A stretch of 64,000 bases of DNA from an uncultured Acidobacteriota bacterium (GCA_963753205.1 CAVWBL010000009.1:244594-308593); one strand, 5' to 3'. Positions 9,991-22,614 are shown, counted from the stretch's first letter. The notes: generated by a model from the letters alone, not told the origin. Numbers and translations are program-made.

Positions 9991-12576
9991 ATGGACAATC
10001 ACGGAGCAAAACAGGCTCGAGAAGACGCATCCTCGAAACCGCAGGCGGAATTGACGCCACCAGTCACCGAGCAGAGCGAATTTGAATTTGATGCCGCTCT
10101 GTCCACGGCAATCAAGAAAAACGGGCGGCCACACACGGCTCAGCAACTTCCAAAGGGTCCGTTATCTCCTGACTTACTAGATCGGATGAACCGCTATTGG
10201 ATGGCGGCAAATTTCCTGACGGTGGGGCAAATTTATCTCTCCGACAATCCGCTTCCACGACGCTCGCTGACTGCGGAGGATATCAAGCCAAGGTTGCTGG
10301 GCCATTGGGGTACGTCGGCGGGTCAGAACTTCATTTACACCCACTTGAACCGGCTCATCAAGGAACGCGGCGCGAGTGTGATCTACATCGCAGGTCCGGG
10401 TCATGGTGGGCCGTCACTGAACGCTCACTCGTACTTAGAAGGAACCTATTCGGAAGTGCACCACGACGTAACGCAGGATATGAATGGCATGCGTCTGCTG
10501 TTTCGGCAATTCTCGACCCCAGGTGGCGTTCCGAGCCACTGTGGTCCTCATGTCCCGAATTCAATCCATGAAGGCGGCGAACTCGGTTATTCGCTTCTGC
10601 ATGCGTTTGGCGCTGCGTTTGACAATCCCGATCTCCTCGTTGCATGCGTTATCGGAGACGGCGAAGCTGAAACAGGTCCTCTGGCCGGCAGTTGGAAGGG
10701 AGTGAAGTTCCTGAATCCGGTACGTGATGGTGCGGTCCTGCCCATCTTGCATCTGAACGGATACAAGATATCGGGGCCTACCGTCCAAGGTCGCACTGCC
10801 GATGACGACCTCGTTTCGCTATATCGGGGGCATGGGTACAAACCGTATTTTGTGGAGGGCGACGACCCAGTAGTCATGCATCAGCTGTTTTCGGGCGTCT
10901 TGGACAAATGTTACGACGAGATACGTTCGATCCAGACTGACGCGCGCAAGAACGGTTTTAAGGGGCGTCCGACATGGCCGATGATCGTGCTCCGCACCCC
11001 CAAGGGATGGACCGGCCCGAAAGAGGTTGACGGGATTCCAATCGAGGGTACGTTTCGGGCCCATCAAGTGCCGCTTGCAAATGTCCGCGAGAATCCCGAT
11101 CACCTCCGCCTGCTTGAGGCCTGGCTTCGAAGTTACAAGCCTGAGACCCTCTTCGATGCAACTGGAAAGCTGATCTCTGAACTTCAGGACTTGGCACCTT
11201 TCGCCGACAGTCGTATGGGAGCGAATCCCAGCGTTAACGGCGGGCGCGTGCTCGACGCACTCGAACTCCCGGATTACACGGACTACGGGGTTGAAGTTCC
11301 CGAATCGGGACAGGCCGCTGCTGAAGCGCCGCGCAAGCTAGGGGAGTTTCTCCGCGACGTCATCAAGCTCAATCCTTCAAACTTCCGATTTTTTTGCCCG
11401 GACGAGACAAACTCCAATCGTCTGAACGCCGTCTTCGAAGCCACAACACGCTGCAATATGGAAGAGACTGTTTCGATCGACGACAAGGTCAGTGCCGACG
11501 GCCGGGTGATGGAAGTCCTCAGTGAGCACTGCTGCCAGGGCTGGCTGGAAGGGTACCTTCTCAGCGGCCGGCATGGTTTGTGGGCCTCGTATGAGGCGTT
11601 CGCGCAGGTTGTTGACTCGATGCTTACGCAACACGCTAAATGGCTCGAAGAATCAAAGAAGTTTCCGTGGCGAAGGCCTATTGCATCGTTGAACGTCTTT
11701 CTGACAAGCCATGCATGGCGCAATGACCACAACGGGTTCAGCCATCAGGCCCCTGGATTCGTGGACAACGCTCTCGCGCGTCGCACGGAAGTTATTCGCG
11801 TGTACTATCCTCCGGACAGCAATTGCCTGCTGAGCGTAGTCGATCATTGCCTTCGCAGCCGCAATTACGTAAACGTGGTCACGTGCGGCAAACAACCGGA
11901 ACTTCAGTGGCTAACTATGGATGAGGCGCGAGAACACTGCTCGCGAGGAGCGTCGGTGTGGAAGTTTGCAAGCAATGATAAAGGTCAAGACCCGGATGTC
12001 GTATTGGCCTGTGCCGGCGATGTGCCTACGCTCGAGGCGTGCGCGTGCTCGTGGCTGCTGCAAAAATATGTGCCGGGAATTCGGGTGAGAGTGGTGAACG
12101 TCGTAGACCTCAGCGTTTTGATGTCACCCGATAATCACCCTCACGGAATGGATGACATCTCCTTTGAGGATTTGTTCACCCAAACCGTGCCCGTGATCTT
12201 CGCATTCCATGGGTACCCTTGGGTGATTCATCCCATGGTCCATGGACGCTCCCGCGAGAGCCGCTTTCATGTCCGTGGATTTAGGGACCGAGGTACGACG
12301 ACGACTCCGTTTGACATGGTCGTTCTGAACGAGATGAGCCGTTTCCACCTTGCGATCGACGCGTTGAAACATATTTCCCGGTTTCGTTCGCAGGTTTCCC
12401 ACGTAATCGATATGTTTAATCGCAAGCTGTCCGATCATCATACCTACATTCGAGAGAATCTTCAGGATATGCCCGAGATCAGGAACTGGCGATGGACCCC
12501 AGATTTCAGCGAGCCGACCGAACCGCCTCCGATGGTGAAGGGCGCTCTACATAAACAGCTATTCAGCGACGCTTGA
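9991..12576 (+). CDS. xfp: xylulose-5-phosphate/fructose-6-phosphate phosphoketolase
   Basis: [67 protein letters not shown] before the ATG. About 50-aa N-terminal extension. Confidence 0.95.
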   Translation: MDNHGAKQAREDASSKPQAELTPPVTEQSEFEFDAALSTAIKKNGRPHTAQQLPKGPLSPDLLDRMNRYWMAANFLTVGQIYLSDNPLPRRSLTAEDIKPRLLGHWGTSAGQNFIYTHLNRLIKERGASVIYIAGPGHGGPSLNAHSYLEGTYSEVHHDVTQDMNGMRLLFRQFSTPGGVPSHCGPHVPNSIHEGGELGYSLLHAFGAAFDNPDLLVACVIGDGEAETGPLAGSWKGVKFLNPVRDGAVLPILHLNGYKISGPTVQGRTADDDLVSLYRGHGYKPYFVEGDDPVVMHQLFSGVLDKCYDEIRSIQTDARKNGFKGRPTWPMIVLRTPKGWTGPKEVDGIPIEGTFRAHQVPLANVRENPDHLRLLEAWLRSYKPETLFDATGKLISELQDLAPFADSRMGANPSVNGGRVLDALELPDYTDYGVEVPESGQAAAEAPRKLGEFLRDVIKLNPSNFRFFCPDETNSNRLNAVFEATTRCNMEETVSIDDKVSADGRVMEVLSEHCCQGWLEGYLLSGRHGLWASYEAFAQVVDSMLTQHAKWLEESKKFPWRRPIASLNVFLTSHAWRNDHNGFSHQAPGFVDNALARRTEVIRVYYPPDSNCLLSVVDHCLRSRNYVNVVTCGKQPELQWLTMDEAREHCSRGASVWKFASNDKGQDPDVVLACAGDVPTLEACACSWLLQKYVPGIRVRVVNVVDLSVLMSPDNHPHGMDDISFEDLFTQTVPVIFAFHGYPWVIHPMVHGRSRESRFHVRGFRDRGTTTTPFDMVVLNEMSRFHLAIDALKHISRFRSQVSHVIDMFNRKLSDHHTYIRENLQDMPEIRNWRWTPDFSEPTEPPPMVKGALHKQLFSDA

Positions 12577-12806
12577 GCGCTTCCCGATTTATGAATGCAA
12601 GGGCGGGTCTTCAGTCTTCATCCAAAAGTTCTGCCGGCCGGTCGGCTGGATTGTGCTGCTCATACAGGCCGCTCGAAGCTGCTAAGTCCCGCCCAAACTC
12701 TTTACGCTAACCTGCCGAGTTCAAGCTCGCCATAAGAAACTTCTAACTTTTCTTTGACGTTTCTTTTCCGCCCCTCAAACTGGCGCTTGATCTTGGTCGC
12801 TGACAC

Positions 12807-12836
12807 GAAAGTATCTCCGATACCATAGTCTAATTG
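12807..12836 (+). promoter_or_regulatory. stress-regulon motif copy 3
   Basis: gaaaGTATCTCCGATACCATAGTCTAATTG, 91 nt upstream of ATG 12928. CTTAATCG lies 22 nt downstream. Confidence 0.55.
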
Positions 12837-12927
12837 CTTCATTCCGCTTGCCGGTGCTTAATCGTAACCGTGCGGTCTTGCTCGGAGTGCTGTTACGCAA
12901 CGTTTTTTAACTGGGAGGAGGGCAGAA

Positions 12928-13113
12928 ATGAGTAAAGCAAGTGCTGTGAAGGTTGCGCGCGAAACAAAGGAAATAATTCCACCGAAACAACCGACAATCG
13001 ACGACATCCGCATACGCGCATATGAAATCTTTGTCACTCGCGCAGGTGGCCCCGGGAATGAGGTTCAGGACTGGCTTCAAGCCGAAGGCGAACTCCTATC
13101 GAGAGACCGTTAG
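12928..13113 (+). CDS. DUF2934-like small protein
   Basis: IRIRAYEIFVTRAGGPGNEVQDWLQAEGEL matches my memory of the DUF2934 signature. GGGAGGAGG before the ATG. Confidence 0.7.
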   Translation: MSKASAVKVARETKEIIPPKQPTIDDIRIRAYEIFVTRAGGPGNEVQDWLQAEGELLSRDR

Positions 13114-13151
13114 CTGCTTGACAGACTGCGAGTGCGCGATTGGGGTGATCT

Positions 13152-14270
13152 ATGTTTCGCAACACGATTCGTTTGGGCCGAATTCTTGGTATCGATATAG
13201 ACCTCGACTTGTCCTGGTTTCTCGTTTTCGGTTTGTTCACGTGGATACTAGCCGTTAGCTACTATCCCGCGGAATTGAAGAGCTCGAGCCAGGCGGAGTG
13301 TTGGTTTTTGGGAGCTGTAACGGCAATCTTGCTCTTTGTGAGCGTTTTGCTGCACGAGCTTGGACACTCCGTCGTTGCCAAGCATTTCGGGATAGCTGTG
13401 CCACGGATCACATTGTTCATCTTTGGCGGGGTTTCACAAATCGCAACGGAGCCTGCCGACGCGAATAAAGAATTCTGGATGGCTGCCGCCGGTCCTGCGG
13501 TGAGCTTCGTTCTGGCTGCGATATTTTGGGAGTTACGGCTAATCCTCCCGGCGTTTCCCGCATTGCTTGTTCTCGCAAAATATATGGCGCTGCTGAACCT
13601 CGTTCTGGGAGTTTTCAACCTTATTCCGGGGTTTCCGCTTGACGGAGGCCGAGTGTTTCGGGCTATCGTTTGGCGGAGCACCGGTAATTTTCGCCGCGCG
13701 ACAGCAGTGGCCACCTTCACGGGCCGGTTTTTTGGTTTTTCGCTGATTTTTATCGGCGTCTGGCTAGCGCTGTCTGGAGCCGTGCTTGACGGGCTTTGGA
13801 CTGCGTTTATTGGTTGGTTCCTTGAAAGCGCAGCAGCGAGCCAACTCCAACAACAGGTTCTGAAGGATTTGCTGGCCGGCCATAGAGTTTCCGAGATGAT
13901 GAGCAGGGATTGTATTGCCGTCCTGGGTGACCTGAACCTACAAGAGCTCGTCGACACCTACGTCCTCGGAAGCGGCCACCGCTGCTTCGTCGTCACGAAG
14001 GGAGACCAAACGATTGGCTTGATAACACTTTCGGAAATTACGAAGGTCCCTCGTTCGTCTTGGTCTTCGACAAAGATTGCGGACGTAATGATCCCGTCTG
14101 AAAAGCTGACTTTGACCCCAGCCAATGCAGAGGCTTGGCCGACCGTTGAAAAGATGGAGCAAAACGGCATCAGTCAGACTCCGATTGGAGACGGCAGGAA
14201 AATCATCGGAGTCTTGTCTCGCGACGATCTGATCCACTACCTCGGAGTCCTCCGGAGCCTGCACGCGTAA
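13152..14270 (+). CDS. site-2 protease family (M50) membrane metalloprotease with C-terminal CBS pair
   Basis: HELGHSVVAKHFG (HExxH), NLIPGFPLDGGRV, multiple TM stretches, then CBS-like repeats. Confidence 0.9.
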   Translation: MFRNTIRLGRILGIDIDLDLSWFLVFGLFTWILAVSYYPAELKSSSQAECWFLGAVTAILLFVSVLLHELGHSVVAKHFGIAVPRITLFIFGGVSQIATEPADANKEFWMAAAGPAVSFVLAAIFWELRLILPAFPALLVLAKYMALLNLVLGVFNLIPGFPLDGGRVFRAIVWRSTGNFRRATAVATFTGRFFGFSLIFIGVWLALSGAVLDGLWTAFIGWFLESAAASQLQQQVLKDLLAGHRVSEMMSRDCIAVLGDLNLQELVDTYVLGSGHRCFVVTKGDQTIGLITLSEITKVPRSSWSSTKIADVMIPSEKLTLTPANAEAWPTVEKMEQNGISQTPIGDGRKIIGVLSRDDLIHYLGVLRSLHA

Positions 14271-14316
14271 CCATGCCGCTTATAGGGCATTGCGAATGGC
14301 CTGACTCGACAAGCTG

Positions 14317-15012
14317 ATGCGACTCCTACTTGCCACCGATGGTTCCACGCTCGCAGATGCGGCGACGCAAGCTGTCGTCGCAGAAGTAAAGCGAGACGGC
14401 GCGGACATTCGGGTAATACACCTGGTGAATAGCAAAAAAGAAGTACTGCCCGAAATGACCGCGTCGCGCCACGCCCCTTGCTCAGTGGAGATTGTGCGAG
14501 CTCCAAAGCCTCAGCAAACGCCGCAAGGCTTGAGAATTCTTCTTGCTATGGACGATTCGGAATTCTCCGAGACAGTAGCCAACGCGGTGATTACACAAGT
14601 AAAGTCGGAACGTGCCGAGGTGAAATTGCTGACCGTTCTCGACCCTTGGCCACTAGCCGAGGCGTTAGCTGAAGTCCATCAACGGGGGAGCAAGGAGTAT
14701 CCTGATTTTGCTGGTGCAGTTGTTAAGCTTCGGGACCAAGCAATACGCAAACTCCTGAAAACGGCAAAGAAGCTTGAGAGCGTTGGATTCAAAGTCACGC
14801 AAATGCTCGCTGAAGAGGGAGATCCACGAGACGACATTCTCGACTGCGCTGAAAGATGGCGAGCGGACTTAATTGTCGTCGGTTCGCGTGGAGATAAAGG
14901 CACAGACTGTTTGTTAATGGGAAGCGTAGCGGAAGCAGTAAGCCGACACGCGCGGTGCTCGGTCGAAATCGTGCGCCTTCCATCGAACGAGCGAAGGATT
15001 GCCGCTTTTTAA
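14317..15012 (+). CDS. universal stress protein; first Usp domain internally truncated
   Basis: The second half is a complete Usp domain (ILLAMDDSEFS...VGSRGDKG...MGSVAEAVSRHARCSVEIVR). The first half jumps from IRVIHLVN to SRHAPCSVEIVR, about 65 aa instead of about 135. Confidence 0.8.
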   Translation: MRLLLATDGSTLADAATQAVVAEVKRDGADIRVIHLVNSKKEVLPEMTASRHAPCSVEIVRAPKPQQTPQGLRILLAMDDSEFSETVANAVITQVKSERAEVKLLTVLDPWPLAEALAEVHQRGSKEYPDFAGAVVKLRDQAIRKLLKTAKKLESVGFKVTQMLAEEGDPRDDILDCAERWRADLIVVGSRGDKGTDCLLMGSVAEAVSRHARCSVEIVRLPSNERRIAAF

Positions 15013-15076
15013 TTGAGCATTACACCAGATAACGCCTCGCCGAAATCTCGTCTGAATCTTTGCGAGGGAGTGTCAG

Positions 15077-17593
15077 ATGGCCAAGCCTCAAAGAGCCCCG
15101 ATAGCGCCCTCCGTCTCGCCTCCAGACCGTTTGCCTGACTTGGCGAAAGAGCCGCTCCAATCTGTGCAGTCTCGGTTGGGAGTATCCGCCGAAGGGCTCA
15201 GTGAGTCAGAGGCGCATGCTCGGCTTGCGACGTATGGGTACAACGAACTCCCAGAGGAAAAGACGAACCCTCTGTTCAAGTTTCTTTCCTATTTCTGGGG
15301 CCCAATCCCATGGATGATCGAGGTAGCCGCAGTTCTCTCAGCCGTCGTGCATCATTGGGAAGACTTTGCCATCATTCTTACTTTGCTGCTGATGAACGCC
15401 GGCGTCGGATTTTGGGAAGAGTTTCAAGCCGGCAACGCGGTGGCAGCCCTGAAGGCCAAGCTAGCGTTGCACGCACGGGTGAAACGAGACGGATCATGGA
15501 AAACGGTCCCCGCAAGGGAACTTGTGCCGGGCGATTTGATGCGTGTTGACATCGGAGAGATTGTTCCGGCCGATGCGCGGCTTTTCGAAGGGGACCCGAT
15601 CGAGGTTGACCAGTCTGCACTGACGGGTGAATCTCTGCCGGTTGATCGTCGGTCCGGCGATTTGGTGTATTCCGGCTCGATTGTCAAACAGGGAGAAATA
15701 GACGCGCTCGTAATTGCCACTGGGGGGAAGACGTACTTTGGCAAAACGGCGCACTTAGTAGAAACCGCCCATACCGTCAGCCATTTTCAGCGCGCGGTGA
15801 TGAGAATCGGCGATTTCCTCATCGCCATCGCTTTGGTTCTCGTCGCGATCATACTTCTAGTTGCCCTGTTCCGCGGCGACCCGATGTTAACGACCCTGCA
15901 ATTCGCTCTGATCCTAACGATTGCCGCCGTGCCTGTCGCGATGCCTGCTGTTCTTTCCGTGACGATGGCCGCAGGCGCACGCAAGTTAGCGGACAAAAAA
16001 GCCATCGTCACCCACTTGGCCGCGATGGAAGAATTGGCGGGAATCGACGTGCTGTGTTCAGATAAGACGGGTACGCTGACACAGAACAAGTTGACTCTAG
16101 GGGAGCCTTACGACACAGCCGGTGTTACTCCCTCCGAGATTATTTTGGCCGCAGCGCTTGCGTCTCCGGTCGACAGTCAAGATCCCATCGACGTTGCTGT
16201 CCGTACTGGTTTGAAAGACGCGCACGAAGCAAACCAATTTCGCGTTCTCCACTTCCAACCGTTCGATCCCATTCACAAGCGGACAGAGGCGGTTGTTGCA
16301 GCGCCTGATAACAACCAATTTCGCGTTAGCAAGGGCGCAGTGCAAGTGATTCTCGGGCTTGCGGCGAACGCAGATCAGGTACGGAGCGGCGTGGAACAGG
16401 CGGTGCAAGGTTTTGCTGCGCGCGGCTTTCGCGCCTTGGGGGTGGCGCGAACAAATCAGAGCGGAACGTGGCAGTTCTTGGGCGTACTGCCTCTTTTTGA
16501 CCCACCCCGACCAGACTCGAAGGAAACCATATCGACGGCCGAGGAGATGGGCGTACGCGTAAAGATGGTAACCGGCGATCAGCTGGCCATCGCGAAAGAA
16601 ATGGCGCACCAACTGGGATTGGGCTCGAACATCGTAGACGCCAGCGTCCTCGTGCAAAGTAACGATCTGCAGATCCGCCCTCGGTCCGAAGTAATCGACC
16701 AAGCGGACGGCTTCGCACAGGTGTTCCCGGAACATAAGTACCGGCTTGTCCGCACGTTGCAAAAGGAGGGGCACATCGTCGGGATGACCGGTGACGGGGT
16801 CAATGACGCGCCCGCACTGAAACAGGCCGACGCTGGAATCGCCGTCTCCGGTGCCAGCGACGCTGCTCGGGCTGCCGCTGATATCGCTCTTCTGACGCCA
16901 GGTCTTTCGGTAATCGTCGACGCGATAAAGGAAAGCCGGAAGATGTTTCAGCGCATGAACAGCTATGCCATCTACCGAATCGCCGAGACGATCCGTCTTC
17001 TCTTATTCATGACGCTTTCGATTCTCGTTTTCAATTTTTACCCGGTGACCGCTGCCATGCTCGTGCTGCTGGCATTGTTGAATGATGGTCCGATCTTGGC
17101 GATTGCCTACGATCGAGTCCGCTATCGAAACGCTCCGGAGTCGTGGGACATGCCCTTGGTACTCGGAATATCAAGCGTACTGGGTCTGGCCGGGGTGATT
17201 GCCACATTTGGCCTCTTCTATCTGGCGGAGCGTACGTTTCATCTCGACCGAAATGTAATTCAGACCTTCATGTTCCTCAAGCTGGCGGTCGCTGGGCATC
17301 TCACTATCTTTTTGACCCGTACACGCGGGCCGTTTTGGTCTATCCGGCCAGCTCCGATACTCTTCTGGTCTGCCGTCGGCACGAAAGCTCTAGCCACCTT
17401 AGCAGCCGTTTATGGAGTACTCATGGCCCCGATTAGTTGGCATTGGGCGCTGTTGATTTGGGGATACGCATTGGCGTGGTTCTTCGTCAACGATTGGGTC
17501 AAGCTCGGCGCATACAGAATTTTTGACGCCCACCGCGGCGGTTTGGTCATGCATTTTTGGAACAAACACACGCAACAGCAGCCGACGAGATGA
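15077..17593 (+). CDS. P-type ATPase, plasma-membrane H+-ATPase-like (P3A subfamily)
   Basis: GLSESEAHARLATYGYNELPEEKTNPLFKFLSYFWGPIPWMIE, CSDKTGTLTQNKLT, MVTGDQLAIAKE, GMTGDGVNDAPALKQADAGIAV. These resemble plant/fungal AHA/PMA1-type pumps rather than Kdp, Cop or MgtA. Confidence 0.88.
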   Translation: MAKPQRAPIAPSVSPPDRLPDLAKEPLQSVQSRLGVSAEGLSESEAHARLATYGYNELPEEKTNPLFKFLSYFWGPIPWMIEVAAVLSAVVHHWEDFAIILTLLLMNAGVGFWEEFQAGNAVAALKAKLALHARVKRDGSWKTVPARELVPGDLMRVDIGEIVPADARLFEGDPIEVDQSALTGESLPVDRRSGDLVYSGSIVKQGEIDALVIATGGKTYFGKTAHLVETAHTVSHFQRAVMRIGDFLIAIALVLVAIILLVALFRGDPMLTTLQFALILTIAAVPVAMPAVLSVTMAAGARKLADKKAIVTHLAAMEELAGIDVLCSDKTGTLTQNKLTLGEPYDTAGVTPSEIILAAALASPVDSQDPIDVAVRTGLKDAHEANQFRVLHFQPFDPIHKRTEAVVAAPDNNQFRVSKGAVQVILGLAANADQVRSGVEQAVQGFAARGFRALGVARTNQSGTWQFLGVLPLFDPPRPDSKETISTAEEMGVRVKMVTGDQLAIAKEMAHQLGLGSNIVDASVLVQSNDLQIRPRSEVIDQADGFAQVFPEHKYRLVRTLQKEGHIVGMTGDGVNDAPALKQADAGIAVSGASDAARAAADIALLTPGLSVIVDAIKESRKMFQRMNSYAIYRIAETIRLLLFMTLSILVFNFYPVTAAMLVLLALLNDGPILAIAYDRVRYRNAPESWDMPLVLGISSVLGLAGVIATFGLFYLAERTFHLDRNVIQTFMFLKLAVAGHLTIFLTRTRGPFWSIRPAPILFWSAVGTKALATLAAVYGVLMAPISWHWALLIWGYALAWFFVNDWVKLGAYRIFDAHRGGLVMHFWNKHTQQQPTR

Positions 17594-17645
17594 ATTTGAG
17601 GACTGGAATACTGATTTACAGAACGAAGAAAATGAGAGCCGGCTC

Positions 17646-19787
<2,142 letters not shown>

Positions 19788-20061
19788 AAACGCTGCGTCG
19801 CGAGAAGATGGTTCACAATCGATCTGGGCTGCGTTGCAATGAGGACACTACGAACGTATTTCTTCGCAGTCATCCAGGAGGCTCGTAGAGCCGCGTTGGG
19901 TCGCGCTGGAACAGGTGACCAGCAAAGCCCAATGCATCGCCAACTCTGATCGAAATATTCGTATTCGATTCACGGCCGCCGTCAGCATCTGATTCGCGGT
20001 ACGCTCTAGGTACGCTCAACGTGACGTTTCCTCGACATAACCCGCTGAGTGAATAGCTGCT

Positions 20062-20604
20062 TTAGACTTTTGCAGCCTGCTTGGCGGCTTCGAGAGTGTG
20101 CTGACTCAATTCGGACGGCCCGGTAGTGCTCAGAATGTCCCTAGCCTTTCCAGCTTCCGCGGCAGTCCCATGGGCGACGACAAGAAACTTGTCGGCCTTT
20201 ATGGCCGTCTCATATTTCAAGATGCTGTCCTTTGGAATACCGATGCTGTAAAGCCCAGCGCCGATCGCGCTCAATCCTCCCACGACGACCGCACCCTCCA
20301 GAGCACCGACGATCCACGCCACCAGCGGTCCCCCTACCAATAACGGGCCAAAGCCTGGGACCCAAAAGAACGCCGCACCAAACAACATTCCCCAAAGACC
20401 GCCCCAAAACGCACCCATTTTGCCCCAATATTTCATGCGGTCACCCGCGTTGTAGTACCCGACTACCTGTTCATCCGTATGGACGTCCTTGCCAACAACA
20501 GATAGCTTCTTCATGTCGAATCCCGATCTCTGCAGTTCCTTCACGGCGCTTTCAGCTTCGGAGTGGGTCTCATAAACAGCAATTACAGCGTTCGTGTCAG
20601 TCAT
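20062..20604 (-). CDS. YflT-like general stress protein with glycine-zipper membrane segment
   Basis: NAVIAVYETHSEAESAVKELQRSGFDMKKLSVVGKD, then GAFWGGLWGMLFGAAFFWVPGFGPLLVGG. AAGGAG before ATG 20604. Confidence 0.7.
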   Translation of the reverse strand: MTDTNAVIAVYETHSEAESAVKELQRSGFDMKKLSVVGKDVHTDEQVVGYYNAGDRMKYWGKMGAFWGGLWGMLFGAAFFWVPGFGPLLVGGPLVAWIVGALEGAVVVGGLSAIGAGLYSIGIPKDSILKYETAIKADKFLVVAHGTAAEAGKARDILSTTGPSELSQHTLEAAKQAAKV

Positions 20605-20716
20605 ACTTGTTCTCCTTTTCATCTTCGTGCTTGGTTGGTTTCGCCTTTAAAACGCCAAACCAATTTTTGGCTTTTCCTCGGTGGACGGGAGTTGCGACTC
20701 CCACCTCAGCTCGTTT

Positions 20717-21142
20717 CTAAAATTCTTCGTATTCGTTGAATTTTTCCTCGCGTTGCCCGTGTTTGCGGCGCCTGGTCGCCGCGGCTCTGGCGGCAGCCTT
20801 CTCTAGCACGCGGTGCTCGCGCTTTGTCTCAACGCCTTCGGCAGCGTTCTCTTTCTGGTGCTGCTGTGCATGAACGCCGAATTGATGCCAATATGTCTCG
20901 GGGAGATCCATTTCGTAATGCCGCGCGGCCTTTTCGATATTTGCCAACGCTAAAGCTCGATCTCTGTCCGGCACGCCCAAGACCTGATCGAATCTTGCAA
21001 TCGCGTTGCGCACGTGCTGTGCGTCCGTCAGGGGCTCCTTCCTCTGGTGAGGAAAAGCGAAGACCGTGTCAGGTAAATCGCTCCGCATTGAGAGGCGACC
21101 GTGTTTCTCGTGAGGTTCCCAAGTTGGCCGTACCGTGCTCAT
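20717..21142 (-). CDS. conserved hypothetical protein (DUF6582-like, from memory)
   Basis: MSTVRPTWEPHEK...FAFPHQRKEPLTDAQHVRNAIARFDQV. GGGAGA Shine-Dalgarno before ATG 21142. First gene downstream of the minus-strand motif at 21316. Confidence 0.6.
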   Translation of the reverse strand: MSTVRPTWEPHEKHGRLSMRSDLPDTVFAFPHQRKEPLTDAQHVRNAIARFDQVLGVPDRDRALALANIEKAARHYEMDLPETYWHQFGVHAQQHQKENAAEGVETKREHRVLEKAAARAAATRRRKHGQREEKFNEYEEF

Positions 21143-21315
21143 TTTGTTCTCCCTCTGCCCTCGTCTGCGCAGCGTTCGGTTGCCTGCTTTATCTCCCGGA
21201 ACCGCCGCCACATACTTGCCGCTTGGCTGCGGCCTCGAACGTCGGTTCCTTAGATCGGGTAATTCCCAATATCCCGTGGAACACCAGTCATCACATCAAA
21301 CGCGAGGGAGGTGCA

Positions 21316-21345
21316 CAATTGGACGAAGGTATTGGCGATACGTTC
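21316..21345 (-). promoter_or_regulatory. stress-regulon motif copy (minus strand)
   Basis: The reverse complement reads gaacGTATCGCCAATACCTTCGTCCAATTG, a clean GAAC-N16-CGTC. It lies 173 nt upstream of ATG 21142. Confidence 0.55.
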
Positions 21346-21373
21346 GCGTAATCGGCGGCTACCCATCTTGCTC

Positions 21374-21402
21374 CCAAGTGGTGCAATACCTTCGCGCAAA
21401 TG
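21374..21402 (+). promoter_or_regulatory. degenerate motif copy facing the aldolase pseudogene
   Basis: ccaaGTGGTGCAATACCTTCGCGCAAATG keeps CAATACC, TCG and CAAnTG, but the left half-site and CGTC are eroded. Confidence 0.3.
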
Positions 21403-21424
21403 CGCCGCTGTCGCATTTCTGACC

Positions 21425-21760
21425 CAATCGAAACCGATTCATACTCGTGCAGGGCCTACGTGGCGCGTTTGGCGTCCCTGTTTTCTTGAACGCTGGCCAC
21501 ACGCACTCGTTGCCTAGCGCGATAAAAGCGCCTAAGCCAGGGTTCGATTGTGCCTGTTCGACGTCTCGAACCTCCCATTCGACAAGAATGTCCAACGGAC
21601 AAGTCGGTTGTCGACGCTTTGAAGAGTCTGCGACCCGGCACTCCCGTCGAAGCGAAATCGGAGACACTGGCGGCCGATCCGTGCCGTATAAGACTCTTTT
21701 GCAAGTCGACGATTGAATTGAAAGAGTTGTCGCGAGCGATTGCAGCTATTTAGCGAAGGG
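21425..21760 (+). pseudogene. 5'-truncated, multiply frameshifted fragment of a class II fructose-bisphosphate aldolase paralog
   Basis: Three frames together read LVQGLRGAFGVPVFLNAGHTHSLPSAIKAPKPGFD / LFDVSNLPFDKNVQRT / KSVVDALKSLRPGTPVEA. The intact gene at 23517-24413 reads LVKVMRKEHGAPVFLNADHTHSLAKAVEAARAGFDAVVIDFSALPFDQNVSRTKEAVEAIKAINPAILAE. Confidence 0.6.
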
Positions 21761-21927
21761 CTCCAACGCGGGCGGCTTCGGTATAGAAATCCGGGCGAGA
21801 TCAGAAGCGAAGCGACTGAGAAAGCCTCGAACCCGCTGCGGCGACGATTCCGGTTGTTCAGCGCGTCCACAATGAGTTCTTACGCTGAAGGTCCGGGTGG
21901 GGAGGCATCTTGGTTCGCCACCTAAAC

Positions 21928-21957
21928 AAAAGTATCGGCGATACCATCGTGCAATCG
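21928..21957 (+). promoter_or_regulatory. stress-regulon motif copy 4
   Basis: aaaaGTATCGGCGATACCATCGTGCAATCG, with a perfect GTATCG-g-CGATAC palindrome. It lies 106 nt upstream of ATG 22064. CTTAACTG is 22 nt downstream. Confidence 0.55.
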
Positions 21958-22063
21958 ATTCCTCTACGTGCTACGGGCTTAACTGCGACCGTGCACCAGG
22001 CACAAACCAATCGGAATTGCGCTGAAGCCCAACTTTAACGAATGGTGCTTAGGAGACGTCATC

Positions 22064-22560
22064 ATGGCGCTGCAAAGCTTATTGAATACAACCCAGCCGG
22101 TCGCTCCATGCGTGCGCGGCGGAGTGTCGATGCGAGTGAGACGCGAGGGGGCAAGTGGCTTCGCCCAAGATGCGAAATACGATGTGGCTGCTCGCGGCGG
22201 TGCGAGCGCATTCGCCGAAACGAAACTCGTACCCGCGGCGAAGAAGGGAAATGAAACCGCCTTTCGGGAGCTGGTAGAAAACCACAAAGGGCGTATTTAC
22301 CCTCAGGCTTTTCGCATCGTGGGAATTCGGAGGACGCTGAGGACGTCCGTCAGTCGACGCCAACTGCCCACTTGGGAATCGATCGCGAGACGGCGATCGC
22401 GAAAGCCGAGAACAGGAACTTTCGCTGGCACGCGAGGATTATTTCGCTGGATAGGCGCTTAGCCGAGGATGGCGATGACAGCAACGCGTATAATTACCTC
22501 ACCTCTGTTCGGTCTCGGACATGGCACGGCGTCGATCACAATCGCGCTCGGCGGGCCTAA
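22064..22560 (+). pseudogene. remnant of an ECF-type sigma-70 factor (frameshifted, region 4 missing)
   Basis: LVPAAKKGNETAFRELVENHKGRIYPQAFRIVG, then after a shift near 22321-22335 NSEDAEDVRQ...ISLDRRLAEDGDD. No region 4 HTH before the stop. It abuts the 3' end of the convergent reductase gene. Confidence 0.55.
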
Positions 22561-22614
22561 ATGATGGATTCTTCCGGCTTTCATTCTCACTCCCGCAGGG
22601 CTAGCACGCGCGTG

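Noticed and set aside
16097-16774. 225-aa minus-strand ORF; similar cases at 13262-13957, 18537-19097, 19125-19781, 26150-26851 and 61233-61982.
   Set aside because: All lie antisense within confidently identified plus-strand genes (ATPase, M50 protease, GlgX, hydrolase, chain-length determinant).
20687-20702. GGGAGT-tgcg-ACTCCC hairpin between the two minus-strand stress genes.
   Set aside because: The stem is only 6 bp and no U-tract follows on the transcribed strand, so it is too weak to call a terminator.
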